The notes beneath the pieces were generated by a model. It had not been told where the DNA came from. It saw only the letters and a program-made list of their open reading frames with translations, and made no database searches. The position numbers and the translations under genes are program-made. A stretch of DNA of 32,000 nt from Haloferax volcanii DS2. Its GTDB lineage: Archaea > Halobacteriota > Halobacteria > Halobacteriales > Haloferacaceae. Positions 1 through 8,645 of this stretch are shown here, piece by piece. The stretch lies in NCBI RefSeq assembly GCF_000025685.1, contig NC_013967.1, positions 420,001-452,000 of the forward strand. The letters are read 5' to 3'. The first letter of the stretch is position 1; every line of letters starts with the position of its first letter.

Positions 1-702
1 GCGACCTACGCCGCCCGCGCCGGCATCGACGCCGAAATCTACGTGCCCGCGTCGGTCAAGCCCTCGAAGGTCCGCGCCATCGAGCGCGCCGGGGCGAAGC
101 CGGTCCGAATCGAGGGCTCCAGACAGGCCGTGACCGACGCCTGCGTCGAGGCCGTCGAGGCCGACGACGCGTGGTACGCGAGCCACGCGTGGAACCCCGC
201 GTTCTTCGCGGGCACGGCCACCGTCGCCTACGAAATCGCCGCCCAGCGCGACTGGTCGGTCCCCGACGCGGTCGTCACGCCGCTGGGCCACGGGACGCTT
301 TTTCTCGGCGCGTACCGCGGCTTCCGTGCGCTCTACGAGGCGGGCTGGACCGACCGGATGCCCGAACTGTACGGCGCGCAGGCCGCCGGCTACTCGCCCA
401 TCGCCGACGCCCGTCACCACACGGCCGACGAGACGAACGACGTGGCCGACGGCATCCAGATTCTCGACCCCGTCCGCGAGGCCGAGATTCACGAGGCGCT
501 CGACGCCACCGGCGGCGACGCCATCGCCCTGTCGGCCGACGCGGTCGAAGACGAACTCGACCGGCTCCACCGCCACGGCTTCTACACGGAGCCAACCTGC
601 GCCGTCGCGCCCGCGGCGCTCCGCGAACTGCGTCTCTCGGGCGTCCTCGACCGCGACGCCGACGTGGTCGTGCCGCTCACCGGGAGCGGTCTCAAATCGT
701 GA
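1..702 (+). CDS. thrC: threonine synthase, C-terminal part (5' end outside window)
   Basis: Frame-1 ORF is open at the window start; track ORF 43..702 begins at an internal GTG. Blocks AGIDAEIYVP, HAWNPAFFAGTATVAYEI, PLGHGTLFLGAYRGF and LTGSGLK look like the C-terminal half of PLP-dependent threonine synthase. Confidence 0.85.
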   Translation, partial: ATYAARAGIDAEIYVPASVKPSKVRAIERAGAKPVRIEGSRQAVTDACVEAVEADDAWYASHAWNPAFFAGTATVAYEIAAQRDWSVPDAVVTPLGHGTLFLGAYRGFRALYEAGWTDRMPELYGAQAAGYSPIADARHHTADETNDVADGIQILDPVREAEIHEALDATGGDAIALSADAVEDELDRLHRHGFYTEPTCAVAPAALRELRLSGVLDRDADVVVPLTGSGLKS

Positions 703-719
703 GCCGGCTCAGAACACAG

Positions 720-2078
720 CTACCGTAGCGCTCTCCACGACCGGAGCCAGCCGACCAACGACCAGCCGCGTCCCGCGTTTTCGACGCCGGCTCTCGCTTC
801 GGCTCTCACGTTGCGGTCGCCCGCTCGGGCTTCGAGGTCGCGTCGCCGCTCGCGCTCCGCGTCGAGTTCGTCGCGGAGTCGCTCGTTTTCGTCGACGACC
901 TCGTCGAGCCGCGCCCGGAGTTCGTCGAGGCGGTCGAACCCCCCGCGACCGTCGCCCGGTGACGCGCCGGGTGAAGCCGGCGGCCGTCGCGCCGGGTCGG
1001 TCACCACGTCGTCGTCGCGCCGATTCCGGTTCGGGTGTCGGTGTCGGTCCCGGTGTCGGTCGTCGTCCGATTGCGTCGCTGACCGCCGCACCGCGCTCGA
1101 CCAACCGGACGGGTCGTAGAACTCGCTGGTCTCCCGAATCGCTCGCCGGACCGTCCTCGCGCCGTAGGTCGAGCCGTCGGCGTGGACGACTTCGTCCCAC
1201 GTCGGCCGAAAGAGTCCGGAGTCCCGAAACAGGCGGCACATCTGTCGCGCGTCGCCGGCGGTCCAGAACGCGAGCATCGAACACAGCGCCGCGTCAGCCT
1301 CGTCGCGGTCGTCGTAGCCGCTCGCGTCACCCCGCCACAGGCGGGTGAACGCCACCCCGTTGACGGCGTTCGAGGCGCGGCGGACGACCTCGTCGTCCGT
1401 GAGGTCGTTGCCCGGGCCGCTTATCTCGTCGAGACGCGCGTCGGCGGGCGCTCGGTCCGAGTTCGGAGCGTCTGGGTTGACCGAGTCGATTGAGGCGGCC
1501 GGGGCGACGGCGTCGACCGACGGCGACGGCTCCGGGTCGGTTTCGAAGTACGCACCGTGAACCGTCGCGAGCGCGTCGCTCCGTTCTGCGACCGCCGCGG
1601 GCGCGCCGTCGGCGCAGTCGCCGGTCACGGGACGGAACCGCGTGACGTCCGAGAGTTCGAGGCCGCCGGCTCGGGCGCTCCCTGACGGGAGCGTCCCGCG
1701 GACGATAACGCGGAACCCCGTTCCCGAGGGAGTCACTTCCGTGTAGGAGTCGAGTCGGTCGACGAGCGCCCGCGCCCACTCGTCGGTCGCGCCGGTCTCG
1801 GCGTCGCGGCAGTTTTCGAGCTCGATACCGACGAACGGGTCGTCGTCGGTGAACGCGAATCCCACGCCGTCGACGCGCCCCTCCCGAGCACACGCGAGCG
1901 CCTCGTCGAATGTCGCCCACGTCGAGTCGTCAGTTGCCGATGCGGGCCCGCCGTCGGTCGCGCTTCGGGGTACAACTGTCTCCTCGCCGTCGCACAGTTG
2001 CGTTCGCCACCCGACCCAGTTGGCCCGTTCGAGCAGGTCATCCGGGAGCTGTTCCCGCGTCGGGAGTGGTGGCGTCAT
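720..2078 (-). CDS. archaeo-eukaryotic primase (PrimPol)-like protein with PriCT-like domain and C-terminal coiled coil
   Basis: Track ORF 720..2294, trimmed to the ATG at 2078 (MTPPLPTREQL) because the longer form would overlap gene 2204..2479. PrimPol-like blocks: NWVGWR, VGIELENC, TPSGTGFRVIV, LELSDVTRFRPVTG. PriCT-like block: ALCSMLAFWTAGDARQMCRLFRDSGLFRPTWDE. Then a DRHR low-complexity linker and an ELRARLDEVVDENERLRDELDAERERRRDLE coiled coil. Confidence 0.7.
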   Translation of the reverse strand: MTPPLPTREQLPDDLLERANWVGWRTQLCDGEETVVPRSATDGGPASATDDSTWATFDEALACAREGRVDGVGFAFTDDDPFVGIELENCRDAETGATDEWARALVDRLDSYTEVTPSGTGFRVIVRGTLPSGSARAGGLELSDVTRFRPVTGDCADGAPAAVAERSDALATVHGAYFETDPEPSPSVDAVAPAASIDSVNPDAPNSDRAPADARLDEISGPGNDLTDDEVVRRASNAVNGVAFTRLWRGDASGYDDRDEADAALCSMLAFWTAGDARQMCRLFRDSGLFRPTWDEVVHADGSTYGARTVRRAIRETSEFYDPSGWSSAVRRSATQSDDDRHRDRHRHPNRNRRDDDVVTDPARRPPASPGASPGDGRGGFDRLDELRARLDEVVDENERLRDELDAERERRRDLEARAGDRNVRAEARAGVENAGRGWSLVGWLRSWRALR

Positions 2079-2203
2079 CGCTACCGCTGGTCTCTGGAGC
2101 GATGCAAAAGCTGTTTCCCGCGAGATGTCAGATTTGATAGTCAGCCCCCGGTCTCGCGCACTCGTCGGTCCGGCCGGGTCCGAGTGACGAGTCGAAGAAA
2201 CGC

Positions 2204-2479
2204 TTACTGCGCGCGGGGTTTGCCCGCGGATTCGGTCTCGGTCGCCGTCGCGCCCTCGTAGGTGTCGACGCCCAGCAGGTCGTTGGGCGGGCACTTCTGG
2301 GTGACCGCCGTGGTCGCGAGGACCGCTCCGACGAGGAGCGCCGCGACCGCGATGACGAGTCCGAGGGTGCCGGCCGCGATGGTCAGGAAGCCCGCGAGAC
2401 TCGCCGCCCCGACGACGATGAGCACCGGTCCGAGGACGGCGCGCGCGATACGGTCGTAACCGCCGACGTTCTTCTCCAT
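2204..2479 (-). CDS. DUF2892 (YgaP-like) small membrane protein
   Basis: 91 aa. N-terminal NVGGYDRIARAVLG, two hydrophobic helices, then a conserved C-P near the end of helix 2. This is the typical DUF2892 layout. Confidence 0.75.
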   Translation of the reverse strand: MEKNVGGYDRIARAVLGPVLIVVGAASLAGFLTIAAGTLGLVIAVAALLVGAVLATTAVTQKCPPNDLLGVDTYEGATATETESAGKPRAQ

Positions 2480-2617
2480 GGTTGATTCACCGATACCTAG
2501 GTACGCGCTCTGCGGCTAAATCGTAGATTGGTGATTCCCGCGCCCGGAGACGCGTGACTGTCACGCCGGCCGACACGTCGACAAAAGCTAACTCCCTCGG
2601 CCGCGTCTCCCCCGCGT

Positions 2618-2818
2618 ATGCCCCGGCTCTCGTTCCTCCTCCCCGGCGAAGACGACACAATCGGTCGGTTTCTGACGCTCACGCTCGTCATTTACGCCGT
2701 TATCAGCGGTTTCGAAATCCTCGGCGTCCTCTGGGCGATGTGTCTCGCGATGGCGGTCTGGACGCTCGCCACCGCGATTCAAGGGTTCCGGTACGGTTAC
2801 CTCGAAGGCGCGACGTAG
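2618..2818 (+). CDS. small hydrophobic protein (2 predicted TM helices)
   Basis: 66 aa ATG-initiated ORF in an otherwise gene-free gap. An AT-rich box AAAAGCTAAC (2583-2592) lies ~30 nt upstream. No recognisable family. Confidence 0.4.
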   Translation: MPRLSFLLPGEDDTIGRFLTLTLVIYAVISGFEILGVLWAMCLAMAVWTLATAIQGFRYGYLEGAT

Positions 2819-2869
2819 TCGGCCAACCTGCCGCGCCCGCTTCCATCCACCCGCGTCGTTCCGCCTCGT

Positions 2870-3604
2870 CTACCCGCTGCCGCCCCAGTCTATCCAGTCC
2901 TGTTCCCAACCGTGGCCGGCGTGCCAGCCGCGACCCTCGTACTCGGGGTCCTCGCGGCGCGTCCGGTTTCTGACGATGCTTCCGGTCTGTTCGCCGTCGA
3001 CGAGCAGCGGCTTGAACGACAGCGGGCCGAACGACTCGGCCACTTCGCCGTCCTCGACGGCGACGAGCGTCTGCTCGCCGACGCCCTTCGGCATGACGAG
3101 TCGGCCGCCGTCAGCGAGCTGTGCGAGGAGTCGCGCGGGCGGGCGGACCGCCGAGGCCTCGACGAGGATGCGGTCGAAGGGCGCGTAGTCGGCCAGCCCC
3201 TCCGCGCCGTCGCGGCAGTCCACGAGGACGCCGCCGTAGCCGGCGCGCTGGAGGTTCTCGCGCGCCTCGTAGACGAGCGAGCGCGTGATGTCGACCGCGT
3301 GGACGCGGGCGTCGCCGACGATTTCGGCGAGGACCGCGGCGGTGTAGCCGACGCCCGCGCCGACGACGAGCACCTCGTCGTCCGGTTGGGGGTCGAGCGC
3401 GGCGAGCAGGCGCGCGACCGTCGTCGGCGCGAGGATGGTCGTGTTCGTGTCGCGGTGCTCCGTCGGGCGGTTCTGATACGGCGAGTCGGTGACGAACTCG
3501 TGTCGCGGGACGCTGCGCATGGCGATGGAGACGGCCTCCGGGAGCAACTCCAGCGAGTGCTCCAAGCCGTCGACCATGTCGTCGCGCAGCACCGAGTTGT
3601 CCAT
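2870..3604 (-). CDS. pcm: protein-L-isoaspartate O-methyltransferase
   Basis: 244 aa. PRHEFV block, SAM motif VLVVGAGVGYTAAVLAEIVG, DRILVEASA and GGRLVMP are typical PIMT signatures. Confidence 0.85.
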   Translation of the reverse strand: MDNSVLRDDMVDGLEHSLELLPEAVSIAMRSVPRHEFVTDSPYQNRPTEHRDTNTTILAPTTVARLLAALDPQPDDEVLVVGAGVGYTAAVLAEIVGDARVHAVDITRSLVYEARENLQRAGYGGVLVDCRDGAEGLADYAPFDRILVEASAVRPPARLLAQLADGGRLVMPKGVGEQTLVAVEDGEVAESFGPLSFKPLLVDGEQTGSIVRNRTRREDPEYEGRGWHAGHGWEQDWIDWGGSG

Positions 3605-3625
3605 AGTCGACCTCGGAGGTCGGTC

Positions 3626-4564
3626 CTAATCAACCGCACGCTCGCCAACGACCGCCTGGAGGTCGGTCCCCGGCACGTCTCGAACCGTACAGCCATCGAA
3701 TCCGGCCGATTCGACCCACGAGCGAACGGTCTCCTCGTCGTGGAGGTCGCCGCGGCCGGCGGCGAGCGCGTTCACCGCCCGCCCCGCAGTCGCGTCGGTC
3801 GAACACCGGCCGTGCAGGCTATCGACGAACACCGCCGCGCCGCCGGGTTCGAGAGCGTCGAACGCGCCCGCGACGAGGGCCCGCGCGTCGTCCGGGTCGC
3901 GCCCGGCGAAGGCGTCGCCGGCGAAGACCAGTTCGACCCCCGATACCGGCGGGTCGGCCGGGTCGCCCGCGACGAGATCCACGCCGGCCCGGGAGAGGAG
4001 CGGCCGGGCGACTTCCACGGTCTCCGCGTCGTCGACGAGGGTCACGTCGCGGCCGCGGGCGACGAACTCGCGGGCGAAGACGCCCGACGCGCCGCCGAGG
4101 TCGAGGACGCGCGTCGCGTCGGGAGCCGCGCGGACCGCGGCGGTCACGCAGGCCCGGACGACCGACTCCTCGGTGGCGTCGTGCGCGCCGAGTCGGTTCC
4201 GAAGCCAGTCGTCCGGGAACGCGGGTGGCTCGCCGGTCGCCATCGTCTCCGGGAGGTCGGCGTAGAGCGAAAAGCGGTCCAGCGCGTGCGGGAGGCGGCC
4301 GATGGAGCGCACGTCGCGCTTGGCGAGGAAGCCGAGCGCGCGGTTGGTTATCTCGTACTCGTCGCCGACGCGCTTGATGAAGCCCATCGCGGCCAGCGCC
4401 TCCACCGCGATGCGGGCGGCTCGGGGGTCGATACCGGCGGTGTCGGCCACGGCCTCGGCGGTGCCGGCGCTCGTCGTGAGCGCGTCGATGACGCCGCTCT
4501 CGCGGGCGGCCCACAGGAGCGCGAGCGATTCGACCGACGACTGCGACCGGTCGCGGGTAGGCAT
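3626..4564 (-). CDS. class I SAM-dependent methyltransferase with N-terminal winged-helix (O-methyltransferase-like) domain
   Basis: 312 aa. N-terminal wHTH-like segment (LLWAARESGVIDAL...AEAVADTAGIDPRAARIAVEALAAMGFIKR) and SAM motif RVLDLGGASGVFAREF. Lies 21 nt downstream of pcm on the same strand. Confidence 0.75.
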   Translation of the reverse strand: MPTRDRSQSSVESLALLWAARESGVIDALTTSAGTAEAVADTAGIDPRAARIAVEALAAMGFIKRVGDEYEITNRALGFLAKRDVRSIGRLPHALDRFSLYADLPETMATGEPPAFPDDWLRNRLGAHDATEESVVRACVTAAVRAAPDATRVLDLGGASGVFAREFVARGRDVTLVDDAETVEVARPLLSRAGVDLVAGDPADPPVSGVELVFAGDAFAGRDPDDARALVAGAFDALEPGGAAVFVDSLHGRCSTDATAGRAVNALAAGRGDLHDEETVRSWVESAGFDGCTVRDVPGTDLQAVVGERAVD

Positions 4565-4660
4565 GGTCGCACCGACGGGGCGGGAACAAAAAGGTCGTGC
4601 GTTGGGCAGGCGGTATCGTCCGGCGTCGGCGGGGCGGAGCGTTTCGGCGTCGGAGTTCCC

Positions 4661-5317
4661 TTACCAGGCCGACCACGCGGTCGAGGTCTGGTCGCGGGCG
4701 TAGACGCGTTTCGCGTCCTTCGCGTACACCATGTCGCCGGGGTGGTCGAGCTTGCCGTGGCGGTACTCAGGGGCGTCCGAGCGGACGACGAGGCCTTCGA
4801 TTTCGACCTCCTCGTCGCCGAACGCCTCCGTCTCGCCGACGACGAACTCGTAGTCGCCGGGGACGTTGACGGTGACGCTCCGGGTGTCCTCGCGCTTGCC
4901 GTCCTTCGGGTGGATAGTGACGTTGACCGCGACGTTGTCGACGACGCGGGTCCAGACGGTCTTCACGTCCGCGACTTCGGCCTCGTCGGCACGCTGTTCG
5001 GGGCCGACTTCGATGCCCGTGATGCGCACGAGCTGAATCGCCTCGGGCGTGTCGACGATGAACTCGTCGCCGACCTCGATGGTCGTGCCGACCGGCACGG
5101 GCACTTCGGTCGAGACGGAGTCGCCGTCCTGCGAGACGACGACGTTCATCTCGGTCTCGTCGGGAATCTCGACTTTCTCCTTGTGGACGTGGCTGCATTC
5201 GGTACACCGGACGGTCGAGTGACCGCCGGGCTTCAGCACCTCGTGGACGGTGGGTTCGTCGGGCGAACACGTCGGACAGGAGAGGGGGACGCGCTCGCCG
5301 GCGTCGGGTAGGCTCAT
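4661..5317 (-). CDS. HVO_0476-family zinc-finger protein
   Basis: Track ORF 4661..5398, trimmed to the ATG at 5317 (MSLPDAGERV). A TATA-like GCTTTTTAC lies ~27 nt upstream on the minus strand. N-terminal zinc ribbon CPTC...CTEC. Family name is from memory of haloarchaeal annotation. Confidence 0.75.
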   Translation of the reverse strand: MSLPDAGERVPLSCPTCSPDEPTVHEVLKPGGHSTVRCTECSHVHKEKVEIPDETEMNVVVSQDGDSVSTEVPVPVGTTIEVGDEFIVDTPEAIQLVRITGIEVGPEQRADEAEVADVKTVWTRVVDNVAVNVTIHPKDGKREDTRSVTVNVPGDYEFVVGETEAFGDEEVEIEGLVVRSDAPEYRHGKLDHPGDMVYAKDAKRVYARDQTSTAWSAW

Positions 5318-5455
5318 ACGGGTCGCTAGCCCATCAGGCCGTAAAAAGCCGCCTTTCTCCGCCTCGGCGTGGGACTCGGTGGCAGGACGCTCGCTCAACG
5401 AACGGGGCGAGCCGACCGACCGGACCGGCCGGTCACGGGCGCGGCGTGCGCCCGC

Positions 5456-6415
5456 TTAGGGTTGCGGCAGGTCGACTTCCTCGCCGTCGGCGTACACCGC
5501 CGGCTCGCGGATGATGCCGTCGAGGTGGAGCGGCGCGTCGGTGTCGCCGCCGATGCCGGCGTCGTCGCCGACGGCGATGTGGACCGTGCCCGCGGCCTTC
5601 TCGTCGAGCAGGACGGAGCCGACGAGGTCGGTGACGCCGACGTTGGTGCCGATGCCGATTTCGGCGAGGTTGTAGGCGTCGTCGCCAACCTCCTCGGCCG
5701 CGGCCTCGACCTGCTCGCGGATGTCGTCGTCGGAAATCTCGGTAACGTAGCCGTCTTCGACTTCGAAGCGGAGTTCCCGTCCCTCGTCGAGGAGGCCGTG
5801 GGGCATCATCGTCCCGTCGACGACGTAGGTGCCCGTCGCGGACGCGGGGCTGAGGAAGATTTCGCCCGCGGGGAGGTTCGAAAACGAGCCGGCCTCCGCG
5901 ATTGCGCCGGTGTCTGCGAGCCACTCGCGGTCGCCGCGGACGAACGTGATGTCCGTGCCTTTCTCGGTCGTGACGCGGAGTTCGTCGGCGCCGCCGACGG
6001 CGTCGAGCATCGCCGCGCTGTGGTCGTAGATGGCGTCGTAGTCGGCGTCGAGGCCGGTGACGAACACCTCCTCGGTGATTCCGGGAAGGGTCGCGCCGCG
6101 AGCGCCGGCGTCGCAGGCGTCGCCGCGAGCGCGGGTGTGGCTCAGGCTCTTCGTCGTCGGCGCGAGGAAGGCGTCGCAGGCCTGCATCGCGGCGGCGACC
6201 GGCGCGGGCGGCTCCTCGCCGTGTTGGTTCCCCGGGGGATAGCGGACGATGGTCGCGTCGTCGGTCACTTCGCCTGCGACCTCGTAGAGCGCCTCGCCGA
6301 TGCGCTCGCGCTTGTCATCGGTGACGACGACGAGCGACTCGTCGGGCTGGAGGTCGAGACACTGACGGACCGCCGTCTCGCTGGCGGCGCGGAGGTCGGC
6401 GTCGGCTTCGGTCAT
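5456..6415 (-). CDS. M29-family aminopeptidase
   Basis: Track ORF 5456..6454. I prefer the ATG at 6415 (MTEADADLRAASETAVRQCLDLQPDESLVVVTDD), a typical M29 N-terminus. Conserved NLPAGEIF, GTYVVDG, AEIGIGTN and DEKAAGTVHIAVG blocks. Confidence 0.8.
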   Translation of the reverse strand: MTEADADLRAASETAVRQCLDLQPDESLVVVTDDKRERIGEALYEVAGEVTDDATIVRYPPGNQHGEEPPAPVAAAMQACDAFLAPTTKSLSHTRARGDACDAGARGATLPGITEEVFVTGLDADYDAIYDHSAAMLDAVGGADELRVTTEKGTDITFVRGDREWLADTGAIAEAGSFSNLPAGEIFLSPASATGTYVVDGTMMPHGLLDEGRELRFEVEDGYVTEISDDDIREQVEAAAEEVGDDAYNLAEIGIGTNVGVTDLVGSVLLDEKAAGTVHIAVGDDAGIGGDTDAPLHLDGIIREPAVYADGEEVDLPQP

Positions 6416-6604
6416 GTGGACACCTGCGCCGCCGGCGCTGTTAGGCGTTCCCATCTGCCCCCTCGCGTTCGGTTTCCGCCCCGTCGCCCCGAATCGGGGG
6501 TTTCACTCGCCTCGGAGGTAATCGAGGGACTCACTCGCCCGAGAGTTAATTTCTAAGTATTAGCCATCGAAATAACTATGGTTGGGCCCGGTCGTTTGTC
6601 TCCC

Positions 6605-7672
6605 ATGATACGAGTGGGTGTCAACGGCTACGGCACAATCGGAAAGCGCGTCGCCGACGCGGTCCACGCGCAGCCCGACATGGAACTCATCGGCGTGGCC
6701 AAGACCCAGCCCAACTTCGAAGCGCACACCGCGGGCGAACGCGGCTACCCGATGTACGCCGCGATTCCCGAACGCTCGCCGCTGTTCTCCGAGGCCGGCG
6801 TCGACCTCGCCGGCGAGGTGGACGAACTGGTTGCCAAGGCGGACATCATCGTCGACTGCACGCCGTCGGGCATCGGAGCAGAGAACCGCGAACTGTACGA
6901 GACGCACCACACGCCCGCCATCTTCCAGGGGGGCGAGGACGCCGACGTGGCCGACGTGAGCTTCAACGCGCGGGCCAACTTCGACGCCGCCCGCGACGCC
7001 GACTACGTCCGCGTCGTCTCCTGTAACACGACCGGCCTCTCGCGCATCATCGCGCCGCTCGAAGCCGAGTACGGCGTCGAGAAGGTTCGGGCGACGCTCG
7101 TCCGCCGCGGCGGCGACCCCGGCCAGAACTCCCGCGGGCCGATAAACGACATCCTGCCGAACCCAATCGAGATTCCGTCGCACCACGGCCCCGACGTGAA
7201 GACCATCTTCCCCGGCCTCGAAATCGACACGCTCGGGCTGAAGGTGCCGGCGACGCTGATGCACGTCCACGCGCTCAACGTCACGCTCGAAGACGACGTG
7301 ACCGGCGCGCACGTCCGCCAACTGCTCGAAGGCGAGAACCGCGTCTACGTCATCCCCGAGGGGATGGGCATCGACGGCGCGGGCAAGCTCATGGACTTCG
7401 CGCTCGACGCGGGCCGCCCGCGCGGCGACATGTGGGAGAACTGCGTGTGGGGCGAGTCCATCGGCGTCAACGGCCGCGACCTCTATCTGTTCCAGGCCAT
7501 CCACCAGCAGTCCGACGTGATTCCCGAGAACGTCGACGCTATCCGCGCGATGTTCGACACCGAAGACCAGCAGGACAGCATGGCGCTCACCGACCGGACG
7601 CTCGGCATCGGCATCTCCGGCGACCCTTCTGGGTTCTCTGAGCAGGCGCGCGCGGAGTTCGCCGACGACTAA
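6605..7672 (+). CDS. gap: type II (archaeal) glyceraldehyde-3-phosphate dehydrogenase
   Basis: Track ORF 6578..7672, trimmed to [20 protein letters not shown] (ATG 6605). Active-site VSCNTT and the IPSHHGPDV block are characteristic of the archaeal type II enzyme. Confidence 0.9.
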   Translation: MIRVGVNGYGTIGKRVADAVHAQPDMELIGVAKTQPNFEAHTAGERGYPMYAAIPERSPLFSEAGVDLAGEVDELVAKADIIVDCTPSGIGAENRELYETHHTPAIFQGGEDADVADVSFNARANFDAARDADYVRVVSCNTTGLSRIIAPLEAEYGVEKVRATLVRRGGDPGQNSRGPINDILPNPIEIPSHHGPDVKTIFPGLEIDTLGLKVPATLMHVHALNVTLEDDVTGAHVRQLLEGENRVYVIPEGMGIDGAGKLMDFALDAGRPRGDMWENCVWGESIGVNGRDLYLFQAIHQQSDVIPENVDAIRAMFDTEDQQDSMALTDRTLGIGISGDPSGFSEQARAEFADD

Positions 7673-7713
7673 CGGCGAATCGTCTGTTCAGTTCGGTGCG
7701 GTGCGGTTCGGAT

Positions 7714-7738
7714 GCGGTTTTTCACCCATTCGGTTTTG
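7714..7738 (+). terminator. oligo-T termination signal downstream of type II GAPDH
   Basis: GCGGTTTTTCACCC (T5 at 7718-7722) plus a second T4 (7734-7737), in the 69-nt gap between convergent genes. The same CGTTTTTCAC-type signal follows both csp genes. Confidence 0.4.
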
Positions 7739-7741
7739 CTC

Positions 7742-8230
7742 TCACAGCGACCGCGACGCCACGTTCCCCGTGTCGAGGTCCACGACCGCGACGTGGAACG
7801 CGTCGTCAGCGCCGGGAATCGGCAGGCCGCCGGGGTTGATGTGCGTCGTCGCCCCGCGGTGTTCGACCACCCGCTCGTGGCTGTGGCCGCGCAGGACGAA
7901 GTCGTACGTCCCCGAGTCGACGAGCGCGTCCACCAGTCCGGCTTCCGTGCCGTGGTACACCGCTATCTCTTGGCCGTCGAGCGTCAGGTGCGCGAAGTCG
8001 CCGTGGTAGGTGCCGAACGACTCGACCGCCTCGCGGAGCGCCCACTCGCCGTCGTTGTTGCCGCGGACGGCGTGGAAGTCGAAGTCCGCGTCGAACGGCG
8101 CGGCCGAGAAGGGCGCGACGATGTCGCCGCAGTGGACGACCGCGTCAACGCCCTCGGATTCGAAGTGCGAGACCGCGGCTTCGACGTAATCGAGGTTGTC
8201 GTGCGTGTCGGAGACGGCGCCGAGTTTCAT
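7742..8230 (-). CDS. metallophosphoesterase (MJ0936/YfcE family)
   Basis: Track ORF 7742..8260, trimmed to MKLGAVSDTHDN (ATG 8230). Motifs DTH, HCGD, GNND and GHSH. Confidence 0.85.
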   Translation of the reverse strand: MKLGAVSDTHDNLDYVEAAVSHFESEGVDAVVHCGDIVAPFSAAPFDADFDFHAVRGNNDGEWALREAVESFGTYHGDFAHLTLDGQEIAVYHGTEAGLVDALVDSGTYDFVLRGHSHERVVEHRGATTHINPGGLPIPGADDAFHVAVVDLDTGNVASRSL

Positions 8231-8337
8231 GCGCGTCGGTTCGGCGGCGTCGGCTATCAACGTTGGGTGACACTTTTATCCCGAGCGCCCGCTGTCGCCG
8301 GTATGTGCCATCTCGCCATCGACTCGGAGGCCGGGAA

Positions 8338-8637
8338 ATGAGCGACGACCCAAACCGTCACGGCGACGACATTCCCGACGACGAGCCGACAGCCGCGACC
8401 GACTCGGACGGTCTCGTCCTCGAAACCGGCGACCACGGGACCGTCTTCACCGGCGCGGTGCTCGTCGGTGTGACGACGTACAGCGCGGCTCATACACTCG
8501 CAGTCCGCGCGGCCGGTTCGTTCCCGGACGGCGGGCTTCTCACCGCGGTTTTGACGCTCGGCGTCTTCGCAACTGGCGTGGGGTTACTCGTCGACGGGGC
8601 CGCCGGGCTCGTCGCAAAAAGGGATGCGGATCTCTGA
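8338..8637 (+). CDS. small membrane protein (2-3 TM)
   Basis: Track ORF 8263..8637, trimmed to the ATG at 8338 (MSDDPNRHGDD). Acidic N-terminus followed by hydrophobic helices. Preceded by a 12-codon uORF (see findings). Confidence 0.5.
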   Translation: MSDDPNRHGDDIPDDEPTAATDSDGLVLETGDHGTVFTGAVLVGVTTYSAAHTLAVRAAGSFPDGGLLTAVLTLGVFATGVGLLVDGAAGLVAKRDADL

Positions 8638-8645
8638 GCGCGGCT

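Noticed and set aside
2493-2502. 10-bp palindrome TACCTAGGTA containing CTAG, 14-23 nt upstream of the DUF2892 start
   Set aside because: It is a single occurrence and overlaps the expected transcript start region. There are no partner sites, so it cannot be distinguished from chance.
2912-5311. 799-aa ORF on the plus strand spanning three minus-strand genes
   Set aside because: It is antisense to pcm, the methyltransferase and the zinc-finger gene. Its composition is Arg/Ala/Gly/Val-rich with no recognisable domains. This is the usual stop-codon-poor antisense frame of high-GC DNA.
6530-6541. 12-mer CTCACTCGCCCG shared with the start of the tRNA-Phe pseudo-copy insertion (19134-19145), plus a nearby CACTCGCC direct repeat
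   Set aside because: Dozens of 12-mer coincidences are expected in 32 kb of GC-rich DNA. There is no T-arm copy or family motif next to it.
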